Origin: Candidatus Latescibacterota bacterium
Lineage (GTDB): Bacteria; Latescibacterota; UBA2968
Direction of reading: 5' to 3'
Length of the DNA stretch: 64,000 nt
Assembly (NCBI GenBank): GCA_965207885.1
Contig: OZ242311.1
Coordinates: 5,920,001 to 5,984,000, forward strand
The notes below the pieces were generated by a model that saw only the letters and a program-made list of their open reading frames with translations, had not been told where the DNA came from and ran no database searches. The position numbers and the translations under genes were made by a program. The stretch's first letter is position 1, and each line of letters opens with the position of its first letter. Positions 10,185-18,519 of the stretch are shown here, one piece after another.

Positions 10185-10230
10185 AAAGAACGGGTAGAGA
10201 GTATTGCAATTCTCTACCCGTTTCCTTTTT
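10185..10230. terminator. Bidirectional terminator
   Basis: AACGGGTAGAGA-loop-TCTCTACCCGTT flanked by A and T tracts, between convergent genes. Confidence 0.75.
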
Positions 10231-10259
10231 GCCTGGGAGATTAGTCAGGGTAGGCAATG

Positions 10260-11210
10260 TCAGTCGTCATCCTTGCCCGGGATGTTCAGGCGGAATAGCA
10301 CGGGGTGGTGGTCCGAGTAGTGCTGTGCAAATAGGCTCCCTTTGTACGGGTCGCCGGGATAGGTTTCGGAGCCTTGCCAGGTGCCGCGCATCTGGTCGAT
10401 GAGGTTGATGACTTGAAAATCAAATGCCTCGTCTATCTCGTCTGACCTGGCCGGGCGGTACATGACGTGGTCATAGGGTTTGCTGCTTTTGACCGCTGTG
10501 TTCGTTTTTCGGCATTCGTCGTTGAGCGATACAAATCCCAGCGGTGTTACTGCTTTAAGCTCTGCGGCGTTTTCGATGTTCATATCCCCTACGATGTAGA
10601 AGTCCTCTTCCTGTGCGTCGTGGCGGTCGATCCACTGGGCGATGCTCAAAAGTTCGGCTTTGCGTTCTTTTTTCTTGTTTCGGCCGGGAGATAAATGGAC
10701 GTTGATGACGACGAAATCCATTTTGCCATCTATGGTGCGGAAGCCGTGGGCGTGGGGCACGCGGGGATATACGGGATGGGCAGAGCGGTCTTTTGCGAGG
10801 AATCCATGGGGTAGATCACTGGCAATTTTCAGTTTGCCGGGTTTGTAAAAGACTACGGACCATTCGGTGCTCGATCCGGCTTTGTGGATTTTTTCGCCTC
10901 TTCCCGTGTCTTCACAAGATAGGGAGTAATCAAATCCCTGTGCGCTCATGGCATCGAAGAATGCATCGGCTTCAGGGTCTTCGCTATAGGGCTTCCCATC
11001 GCAGTATTGACCGTTATCAGGTGGGGCAACGAGTTCCTGGACGACGACCATGTCGTATTTTTTGACCAATTGGGCAAGTGCTTCGTTGTTCTTCTTTTTG
11101 TATAGACCGACGAATTTGATGTTGAAAGAACAGATCGTGATTTGTTCGTCAACTTGTGGTCGGCAACCGAATAATAACAGGAGAATGAAGCATAAAAGGT
11201 GTTTTTTCAT
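10260..11210 (-). CDS. Endonuclease/exonuclease/phosphatase (DNase I-like) lipoprotein
   Basis: Lipobox LLFGC; SFNIK, VVQE, NVHL, VGDMN, YDH, SDHHPV catalytic motifs. Confidence 0.88.
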   Translation of the reverse strand: MKKHLLCFILLLLFGCRPQVDEQITICSFNIKFVGLYKKKNNEALAQLVKKYDMVVVQELVAPPDNGQYCDGKPYSEDPEADAFFDAMSAQGFDYSLSCEDTGRGEKIHKAGSSTEWSVVFYKPGKLKIASDLPHGFLAKDRSAHPVYPRVPHAHGFRTIDGKMDFVVINVHLSPGRNKKKERKAELLSIAQWIDRHDAQEEDFYIVGDMNIENAAELKAVTPLGFVSLNDECRKTNTAVKSSKPYDHVMYRPARSDEIDEAFDFQVINLIDQMRGTWQGSETYPGDPYKGSLFAQHYSDHHPVLFRLNIPGKDDD

Positions 11211-11240
11211 GGTGTTCCTGTGTTGGATACAATTCTCATC

Positions 11241-11490
11241 GTGACTACTCCCAACGCTAAAGCAGTTGGGCTTCTTGGCGGTCAAGCCACCTGACGTTGT
11301 AGCCCCAACGTCAATATGTTTATCGCAGCATTGTGGTCTCTGTCCGTCTTATAGCCACACGCCTTGCAATGATGCACACGATCAGAAAGTGTTTTCTTCT
11401 CTCTATGTCCGCATGCAGAGCAATCTTGTGACGTATAGTCAGGCTTGACGGCTTTGAATCCAATACCAGCCTCTTCCGCATGGAGTGCAT
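11241..11490 (-). mobile_element. tnpB: IS200/IS605-family remnant: tnpB 3' end plus right end (omega-RNA region)
   Basis: TSQDCSACG...HHCKACG..DRDHNAAINI (Zn ribbon and RuvC-III), then the GAAGCCCAACTGCTTTAGCGTTGGGAGTAGTCAC right-end hairpin. Confidence 0.85.
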
Positions 11491-11554
11491 CATTATATCG
11501 ATCATCAAAATAGGCACTGACAACCGAAGTATCCAAATATATCCTGAGTGCCAA
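11282..11554 (-). pseudogene. Chimeric ORF: PIN-domain N-terminus fused to TnpB C-terminus
   Basis: RIYLDTSVVSAYFDDR (PIN/VapC start) joined in frame to the TnpB zinc-ribbon fragment. Confidence 0.75.
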
Positions 11555-11661
11555 ACCGCCTCCTATCTGATATACAATATACTAAAAAAAAGAAGCCAAA
11601 ACAATGGGGCTACGTTCGGATGTGCCTATAGGAAGGGGGACCAGGTCTCCCCTAAAAATAT

Positions 11662-11693
11662 CTGGATCGCGGCTTAAACCATGCCGCGATGAC
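11662..11693 (-). repeat. 33-bp palindromic element, copy 2
   Basis: Reverse complement reads GTCATCGCGGCATGGTTTAAGCCGCGATCCAG. Confidence 0.9.
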
Positions 11694-11697
11694 ACAC

Positions 11698-11727
11698 AAG
11701 AGCCTGCCCCGTAGTGACTCTATACGG
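11698..11727 (-). repeat. Second palindromic repeat family, copy 1
   Basis: CCGTATA-GAGT-CACTACGGGGCAGGCTCTT; matches 20627-20656. Confidence 0.7.
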
Positions 11728-11867
11728 AGGCAAGGGCCCCTTGCTTAAACCCTCAAGGGCAAGCTCTGCATAGTTTAAGCAGGGGACAAAAAAATACTTG
11801 AAGAACGCCTGAATTTTATCGACCATGAGCGCGGGAATATCTGACAATTTTGGAGAGGAGATTTATT

Positions 11868-12425
11868 ATGAGCAATGGACAAATCATTTTTCAGGATACA
11901 TTTGACGGCGGGCTGGATAGCGGCTGGTCGTGGTTGCGGGAACATCCCGATGATTGGCGGATTCGGGATGGGGGGCTGGAGATTTGCGTGCGTCCCGGTG
12001 TGAAAGATACGGTGCAAAATGCTTTGCTCAGGTCCGCGCCAGATCGCGGTGACGGTGCGTATGCGGTTGAGGTTACGATTACCAATCACAGCCAGCCGAC
12101 GCAGCAATACGAGCAGGCGGGTATTACGTGGTATCACAATGGGGAACCGGTGTTCAAAGAGGTGAAGGAACTCATTGATGGCGATCTGTACATTATTCCC
12201 GGGAAGCAGCCGATGCCGACGCAGAGCGTTCGCCTGCGTCTTATTGTCACTGCGAGCACCTGGGAAGCGCAGTATCGTGCCGAGGGTGAGTCCGCGTTCC
12301 AGACTGCGGCTTCGGGTGAGCTTCCGTCTCCTGGCGATGATCAGGTGAGTATTCAGTGCTATAATGGTCCGGAGAAAGGCGATCACTGGATACGGTTTTC
12401 GGATTTTTGTATTAAGCGTGTATAA
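11868..12425 (+). CDS. DUF1349-like / concanavalin-A-like beta-sandwich protein
   Basis: FQDTFDGGLDSGWSWLRE, QYEQAGITWY; GAGGAG RBS. Confidence 0.65.
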   Translation: MSNGQIIFQDTFDGGLDSGWSWLREHPDDWRIRDGGLEICVRPGVKDTVQNALLRSAPDRGDGAYAVEVTITNHSQPTQQYEQAGITWYHNGEPVFKEVKELIDGDLYIIPGKQPMPTQSVRLRLIVTASTWEAQYRAEGESAFQTAASGELPSPGDDQVSIQCYNGPEKGDHWIRFSDFCIKRV

Positions 12426-12460
12426 AAAAAGCACCATCTCAAAACGAGATGGTGCTTTTG
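12424..12460. terminator. Bidirectional terminator
   Basis: AAAAGCACCATCTC-loop-GAGATGGTGCTTTT. Confidence 0.8.
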
Positions 12461-12484
12461 GGTTAATTCTGAAATTATTTCAGA

Positions 12485-12685
12485 TTATGCCTTTGTGACA
12501 TTCGCTGCCTGGAGGCCCTTAGGTCCCTGGGTAATGTCAAATTCGACAACGTCCCCTTCGGATAAGGACTTAAAGCCTTCGGCTTGGATCGCTGAGAAAT
12601 GGACGAAAACATCTTCGCCCCCGTCTTGCTCGATAAAGCCGAATCCTTTGGCGTCGTTAAACCATTTAACTCTTCCTTCTGCCAA
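12485..12685 (-). CDS. cspA: Cold-shock protein (TTG start)
   Basis: [15 protein letters not shown] (RNP1), DVFVHFSAI (RNP2), [10 protein letters not shown]. Confidence 0.97.
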   Translation of the reverse strand: MAEGRVKWFNDAKGFGFIEQDGGEDVFVHFSAIQAEGFKSLSEGDVVEFDITQGPKGLQAANVTKA

Positions 12686-12848
12686 CGTACTTCACCACCT
12701 TTCTACATCGAAAATTGCACATCAGAACGAAAAAAGGCAAGAATCAGAAGTTTCGATTCTTGCCATACCGTCTTTTCAGGCCGATTGTACAGGAAACAAA
12801 ACAACACATTCTTAACACATGGGCACAAATACCCATTATACAAGGGCA

Positions 12849-12877
12849 AAGATACCCTTTATCATCTCAGAAGTCAA
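12849..12877 (-). promoter_or_regulatory. Putative csp promoter giving a long (~155 nt) 5' UTR
   Basis: TTGACT-17 nt-TATCTT; UTR hairpin at about 12735-12764. Confidence 0.55.
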
Positions 12878-12903
12878 CGTTTTTTCCAAAAAAAAGTTCC
12901 ATC

Positions 12904-15900
12904 TTATACTGTAGCCCCGGCGAGCATCATCTGTCCTTTTTCCGTGTACTGCGCTTTATCTTCTGGCGCCACGGTGCGCCAGATCAGGAATTGTTTGCGC
13001 AGCGCGTTCATAAAGTTCTGGTTGACTCGCCGCCATGACGAGGCATCGCCCGAGAGCCGATCTATGGTCAATGCCATGGCAAAAATATTGTGCTCACCTG
13101 TGGGTAAAGCTTCAAAATGCACCTGCTGGCTTACGCCGAGATCATAAGGTGCCAGCCAGATTGTTGTGTCAATTGTATGTCCCTGTCCGGTTTCGGTTTC
13201 AATCGCGCCAAACCGCGCGCCATCGGTGTAAAATGTGCCCAGGCTCTCTCCTGCATGTGCCTGGAAATAATCGACGAGAAATACGGAAAGGCCAAATACG
13301 TCTTTGCCGCCTACGGTAAACGGAAATTCAAAATGCCAGCGGTCACCTTCAGGCTCGGGGAATTTCCAGCGGCGCGTTACGTCGGGGACAGCCATCATGG
13401 ATGCCTGACGCGCGGGATAGAGCGACGATAGCAAAACCACGAGCATGACCAGCATGGAGGAGGTCACGGTCGAGAGCGCCGAATAGTTCACGGTAAGCCC
13501 TTGCAGGGCATCTTGCCACAGTAAAATTTTGACGACGCTTTGTCCCAAAAGATATCCGGCAACGGTTCCCAAAACAGCGTAAACACATGCTTCGGCGATA
13601 AATAAGAAGGCGATGTGTACAGGCGCTAATCCCACGGAGGAATAGATGCCGATTTCGCGGAAGCGCTCGTACACCGATCCCATCATGGTATTGAGTACGA
13701 TCAGTGCGGCGACCAGAATGGGGATGAACAGATTGGCCATGCCTTGCATAGACGTATCGCCCAGGGAACTGTAAACCGCGACGCGTATGCCGCCATCTGC
13801 TGTTGGGATGCCGGCGAATAATACGACTGATAACCGCGACAAAAATGATTTGATCTCGGCTTCTACATCCACTTCTTCTTGAAATCGCACGGCTACGGAC
13901 TGCAGTGGGCTGCCCACATCGCGCAACAGAGCATAGGATACGATCAGCGTATCATCGGGGTCCAGATGCTCAAATGGCACGGTATCGACTTCGGGGCGCT
14001 CCAGGCCCTGCCGTTCGCGGGTCTCGGTCTGCGACATGGCGGTGATAAATTCATCTTCGGTGACTTGAAAATCTGCCGGCGTTATCTGTTCTTCATCCAG
14101 ATCGACAAATCGACGCATTTTTTCAGAGTTGATCAATCCAATTACTGTGAGTTGCTTGCCAAAGAGGCGAATGTGCGCTTTGCCGACGTCTTGTTCTGTG
14201 ATATCCAGGAGTTCCGCTATTCGGTCGGGCAAAATACAGGCTGACTCGCCCGGTTGAAACCAGCGTCCGATCCGCAGCAGGGTATCGACCTGCGTCACCT
14301 GGGCTTCTTCTGGCGCCAGTCCCAGGATCCCCTGGACGCGAGAATTTTTCTCTCCATAACGCACCACGGCTTTTGATTTTTTGTCTTCTCTTGTCGCAAT
14401 ATACCAGCTTCGAGGTGTTACGGTGCCTCTGTCTTTGAAATTTATCCGCGCATAATCATAAGCTGTGTCTTCCAGTGGTCCCCAGAATTTGCTTCTGATC
14501 AGTATGCCGGGATATGGGCCTTCCACATCGCGGTGAAGCTGGTGAAATTCCAGTGCCGATTTGATAGAGGTAAAGGACAGCACAGTAAAGGTGAGGAGTA
14601 CCAGGGTTGCAAATGTTAGCCATGTGCGCATTTTGCGCTTTTTCATGTTGGCAATGCCCAGTTGAAATGCCGCTACGGATGCGCTGATTCGCCCCACGTC
14701 GGTTTCGTGCAATAATACCTCGGCGCTGCGGAGTCGCCGGATGTTTTCGTTGAACCGGCCCGATAGAATCGAGATGACAAAGATCGCCAGGGCCAGGATG
14801 ACAAAAGCGAGTAAGATTACAAATGGATTGGAGAGGTCAAATGCGGGGTGTACCTGTGAGAGGAATATCCAGATGACGACAAAGACCGCGCCGATCCCGC
14901 CGATTTGCATGCGAATATCGGAAAAGGTAAAGAGCAACCGCTCGAGGAAAAACGCACAGGGGATGACCAGGAGCATGAAGAAAATTACGCCGCGGATGAC
15001 GTCGTTTTGCGTTGTCTTTACGTCTGGATATGCCCGCGATTCAATGCCCATCCCCGCGCGCGTGTGTTTTACAAAGGCATCCCATTGTTTTTCTCGCAGT
15101 GCGGTTTCTGCTTCGTCTAAATGTTGTTTGGCCTGCGCGTGCAATACTTCCAGTCGCTGATTTTCAATTGAGTACTGGCGCAGTTTTCGCATGCGCGACT
15201 CGTTCAACATCCACATATCTCGCGCCGCCTGATAGGGCGTGCGGATTAAGGATCCCGATGACAGGGTTTGAAATCCCTCGCCCCGGGCATCCCACTCGTT
15301 ATCCGCGCTTTTTGAGTTGAGTAGCAAATAGCGCACGCCGATTGCGCCTGCGCGCATTGCTATTTTTACTTTTTCTCCGGGGGATGTATAGACCACGCCG
15401 ACGGGTTCGTCTGGTCCGAACCCGATGTCATAACCGTATTCTTGCGGTGCGGTATTGCCCACCCCATAGACGCTGATGTTGGATAAGGTGTTCAAATACC
15501 GGGGATCGACTGTGCCGTAGAAATCGGTTGCCACGCAGGGGAACAGGATGACGGTTTGTTTTGTGATCCACCAGTTCATATTAAAATGGCCGCTATAGAT
15601 TTTTCCCTGCCGTCCCTGGTTGGGCGCGTACGTGATTTCGCCGCTGTGCGGGTCGATATAGTACGCCCGCACGTGTACGCGGCGCTCTGCTACGCCCGGA
15701 ATATAGTATTCGCCGTTTTCATCTGCGAGGTCGTAGTAAATGCGCCGCACGCCTTTGATTGATTTTTCCAGGCCCATGCGCATGGCGGCTATTGCACCTG
15801 GTCGCGATTTATCGGGTGTGATACTGCGCCGAGGAAATGTGCGTACATATCCTTTGAGGCCGCGCATGCGGTCGATGGGATCCAGTTTGTAATCGGGCAA

Positions 15901-17430
15901 AAATTCCCCGTCGTTGAACGATAGATCCAGCATGCCCGCGAGTACGCGAATCTGTTTGGTCAGGTTGGCGTAGTTTATATACTCGGCCCGGTCCAGAGGG
16001 GTATCTACCCTGAATCGCGCGTCGTTCACGGTTGACAATGAGAGTGCGGGGGTGCCCGCATAGAGTACGACTTCGCTGTCGCTTTTGATATTTTCACCGG
16101 GGATGTACATGTCCCAGGTCATGCCGCCTTTGGGGTTGATCCCATCGACCATGACGTCTTTTGACGGCACGCCCATGCCTTCGGCAATGGCGGTTGCATA
16201 GCGTACAAAGGATTTGCTAAATGTGGCAAAAAATCGCGTGGAGAAATAATTGACCGCGGTGTTGACGCCAAACCCGGCGGTCTGGGTGGATACGCCCATT
16301 TCATCTGTCTGGCTGGAGAGGTCCAATCCGATGAACAGGTCGATGTCGATGGGTTCGGTCATGAGCGCGGCAAAGTGCTTTTCTTTGCGCGAGTGCCGGT
16401 TCAGAAAATCGCATATACCCCGGAATCCCAGGTGGTGTGCGGACGATGCGAGGAAGAGGACGGTGTATTTGGGGCGATGTGCTTGAAAATATTCGGCCAG
16501 GCGCATGAGTGCGACGATGCCACACGCCATTTCAGCGCCGGGTGCCTGTGCGGGTACGACAGACATGGCGTCGTAGTAGGCGTTGATGACGACGATTTTT
16601 TTGCTCATTACTGGATCCGATCCTTCGATCCAGCCCAATACGTTGGCTGCGTCGTTTTTCTTCCAGGGCATGCGGGATTCGAGTTGTACTTCTATTTCGC
16701 CCTGGTCTGATAGGAGCGCGCGCAATTTTTCTCCGTTTTCGCGGTCGATCCAGTATCGCTCTACGCTGTTGGGTACTTGCAAAAATTTTGTTTCGGCCTG
16801 TGTATAGGATGTGGTATCTGGCGCGATGAAGATGATTTGTTTTGCGCCGAGAACTGCGGCGTTGAGCCATTTGTTCCAGGTGTTGAAGTTCAGGAGGACG
16901 ACGGTGTTTTCCACTTCTTTGCCGTCATAAGCTTTAAATTCGCCGTCGCCTCCGTCGATCAGGCGCGTTCGCACGCCGCCCGGTGGTAAGGTGGAGGTTT
17001 TTACCAGGTTTGGCCATAGTCCGGATAGCGGAAAGACTTCGCCGGATGAGACGATGGTTAATTGGCTGCCTTCATCTACAGGTGAAGTTACGCCGTAGGT
17101 TTCTGTTTCTACATTTTTTAAGCCGAGTGCTCGGAAGCGTTGTTCGATAAATTGTGCGGCGGCATCGTGGCCCGGATAGCCCGGTACGCGGGATTTATAC
17201 TGGGTAAAGGTCGCCATTAATGCGCGCACTTCTGCTTCTGTGATTTTGCGTTTTACGCGGTCTGCCACGACTTCGGCTCCCGGCACTGGGGCTGGTTCTA
17301 CGGGTTCGGGTGTTTGCAATCCCAGCACATTACGTAGCAACGGGTCAACCGTATCGGGTCCTGAGATGACCGCGCCAAACCCAAATACAGCAATCCCGAT
17401 CAATGCCAACCATCCGATGCGACGATACAT
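12904..17430 (-). CDS. Large membrane protein: M28 peptidase-like/PA domain fused to FtsX-like permease
   Basis: SRVPGYPGHDAAAQFI..RFRALGL, VINAYYD...APGAE; multiple TM blocks; FtsX signature SVYERFREIGIYSSVG..P.HIAFLFIAEA; likely start MYRRIGW. Confidence 0.8.
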   Translation of the reverse strand: MYRRIGWLALIGIAVFGFGAVISGPDTVDPLLRNVLGLQTPEPVEPAPVPGAEVVADRVKRKITEAEVRALMATFTQYKSRVPGYPGHDAAAQFIEQRFRALGLKNVETETYGVTSPVDEGSQLTIVSSGEVFPLSGLWPNLVKTSTLPPGGVRTRLIDGGDGEFKAYDGKEVENTVVLLNFNTWNKWLNAAVLGAKQIIFIAPDTTSYTQAETKFLQVPNSVERYWIDRENGEKLRALLSDQGEIEVQLESRMPWKKNDAANVLGWIEGSDPVMSKKIVVINAYYDAMSVVPAQAPGAEMACGIVALMRLAEYFQAHRPKYTVLFLASSAHHLGFRGICDFLNRHSRKEKHFAALMTEPIDIDLFIGLDLSSQTDEMGVSTQTAGFGVNTAVNYFSTRFFATFSKSFVRYATAIAEGMGVPSKDVMVDGINPKGGMTWDMYIPGENIKSDSEVVLYAGTPALSLSTVNDARFRVDTPLDRAEYINYANLTKQIRVLAGMLDLSFNDGEFLPDYKLDPIDRMRGLKGYVRTFPRRSITPDKSRPGAIAAMRMGLEKSIKGVRRIYYDLADENGEYYIPGVAERRVHVRAYYIDPHSGEITYAPNQGRQGKIYSGHFNMNWWITKQTVILFPCVATDFYGTVDPRYLNTLSNISVYGVGNTAPQEYGYDIGFGPDEPVGVVYTSPGEKVKIAMRAGAIGVRYLLLNSKSADNEWDARGEGFQTLSSGSLIRTPYQAARDMWMLNESRMRKLRQYSIENQRLEVLHAQAKQHLDEAETALREKQWDAFVKHTRAGMGIESRAYPDVKTTQNDVIRGVIFFMLLVIPCAFFLERLLFTFSDIRMQIGGIGAVFVVIWIFLSQVHPAFDLSNPFVILLAFVILALAIFVISILSGRFNENIRRLRSAEVLLHETDVGRISASVAAFQLGIANMKKRKMRTWLTFATLVLLTFTVLSFTSIKSALEFHQLHRDVEGPYPGILIRSKFWGPLEDTAYDYARINFKDRGTVTPRSWYIATREDKKSKAVVRYGEKNSRVQGILGLAPEEAQVTQVDTLLRIGRWFQPGESACILPDRIAELLDITEQDVGKAHIRLFGKQLTVIGLINSEKMRRFVDLDEEQITPADFQVTEDEFITAMSQTETRERQGLERPEVDTVPFEHLDPDDTLIVSYALLRDVGSPLQSVAVRFQEEVDVEAEIKSFLSRLSVVLFAGIPTADGGIRVAVYSSLGDTSMQGMANLFIPILVAALIVLNTMMGSVYERFREIGIYSSVGLAPVHIAFLFIAEACVYAVLGTVAGYLLGQSVVKILLWQDALQGLTVNYSALSTVTSSMLVMLVVLLSSLYPARQASMMAVPDVTRRWKFPEPEGDRWHFEFPFTVGGKDVFGLSVFLVDYFQAHAGESLGTFYTDGARFGAIETETGQGHTIDTTIWLAPYDLGVSQQVHFEALPTGEHNIFAMALTIDRLSGDASSWRRVNQNFMNALRKQFLIWRTVAPEDKAQYTEKGQMMLAGATV

Positions 17431-17639
17431 GGAGGGTCCTTTCAAAGAGATCGTACAATCCAAAAATCAAATGCTATCATACATAAAAAGACAACTTCTT
17501 CCAAATAAAATTAAGGCTACTAACCTTTATAAAAAAGGCAGGCGAGGTCGCGGTTTGATGATCCGTGCGAACAAGTCTGCCTTATTTACCAACGTCTGAG
17601 ATTATTCCTCAGAACCCGGCTACTGGTTTGAGTGCGTCC

Positions 17640-18041
17640 CTATGGCACCATTGTAGATATAGCCGCAGTTTGCGGCTCTGTATTGATATTGTCATCTGAA
17701 AAGCTTACAACGTTAAAGGTTTCTGGATCAAATTCTGACTCTCGGCGAACTAACTCGCTGAATGAGACAAATTGAACGAGTAGTCCCACATCAAATGCAG
17801 CACAAAGTTTGTGCAATATTTGTACTGATGGTGGGCCACTATCAGGGTCCTCCAATTCGGCTATATGGCTCTCGGGAATGCCACTGTACTTTGCAAGATC
17901 CGCTTGTGTCCACCCTCTCGCCCTCCGAAGTGCTCGGATTTGGAAAGGTACTTCAATATCAAACTGTCCCTCGACGTAACCTTCCCGATATTCCTTATCT
18001 TGCAGTTCTTCCCAAAGTTCAGAGCTTGAATTCAAGTTCAT
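17640..18041 (-). CDS. XRE-family HTH antitoxin (HigA-like)
   Basis: QIRALRRARGWTQADLAKYSG...IAELED...SVQILHKLCAAFDV. Confidence 0.85.
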   Translation of the reverse strand: MNLNSSSELWEELQDKEYREGYVEGQFDIEVPFQIRALRRARGWTQADLAKYSGIPESHIAELEDPDSGPPSVQILHKLCAAFDVGLLVQFVSFSELVRRESEFDPETFNVVSFSDDNINTEPQTAAISTMVP

Positions 18042-18384
18042 GAGCTTCTCCTCTTTGTATTTCGGAGTGACGTGTTACCGCTGTCTTATATGCGTTTGGT
18101 GGTTTATATATGTTGTCTTTATGAGTAAAACCACACAAAAATATTACTCGTCTTAACGATGGAAAGTAACAGAATATTCGGTGTGGTACGCGGTGTTCAC
18201 CGGGCCAACGCGCTTCGTGCAGTGCTTGAAATTTGTCAAAGTAAGGTCTTTGAGGTTGAGTAAGTTGTTTTACAATACGCAAAAACCGTTTAAGGCGCGA
18301 TTTGTTGTTCGGAGATAATCTCTGATACCAATCAGAGACAGGAAGCCGACCGTTTTTACTTTGATATTCTTGGAAATACCACAC
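18019..18384 (-). CDS. RelE/ParE-like (Gp49/HigB-type) toxin
   Basis: YQSKNGRLPVSDWY..L, LHEARW, HRIFCYF, IFLCGFTHK; overlaps the downstream HTH gene. Confidence 0.8.
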   Translation of the reverse strand: MWYFQEYQSKNGRLPVSDWYQRLSPNNKSRLKRFLRIVKQLTQPQRPYFDKFQALHEARWPGEHRVPHRIFCYFPSLRRVIFLCGFTHKDNIYKPPNAYKTAVTRHSEIQRGEAHELEFKL

Positions 18385-18519
18385 ATCTATCCCTCTTCAC
18401 AAGCCCACAAGTGTATAAAGTAAAATTAAACGATGACAAGATGACATAAATTAGCCAAGCGCATATCTGAAAGCAAGGGAATAAATCTCGACGGGATATA
18501 GATACAGCAATAGTTTCGT

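Noticed and set aside
8422-12460. tRNA-Gln-anchored integrative element
   Set aside because: Content looks accessory, but no integrase and no duplicated tRNA 3' end (att) were seen
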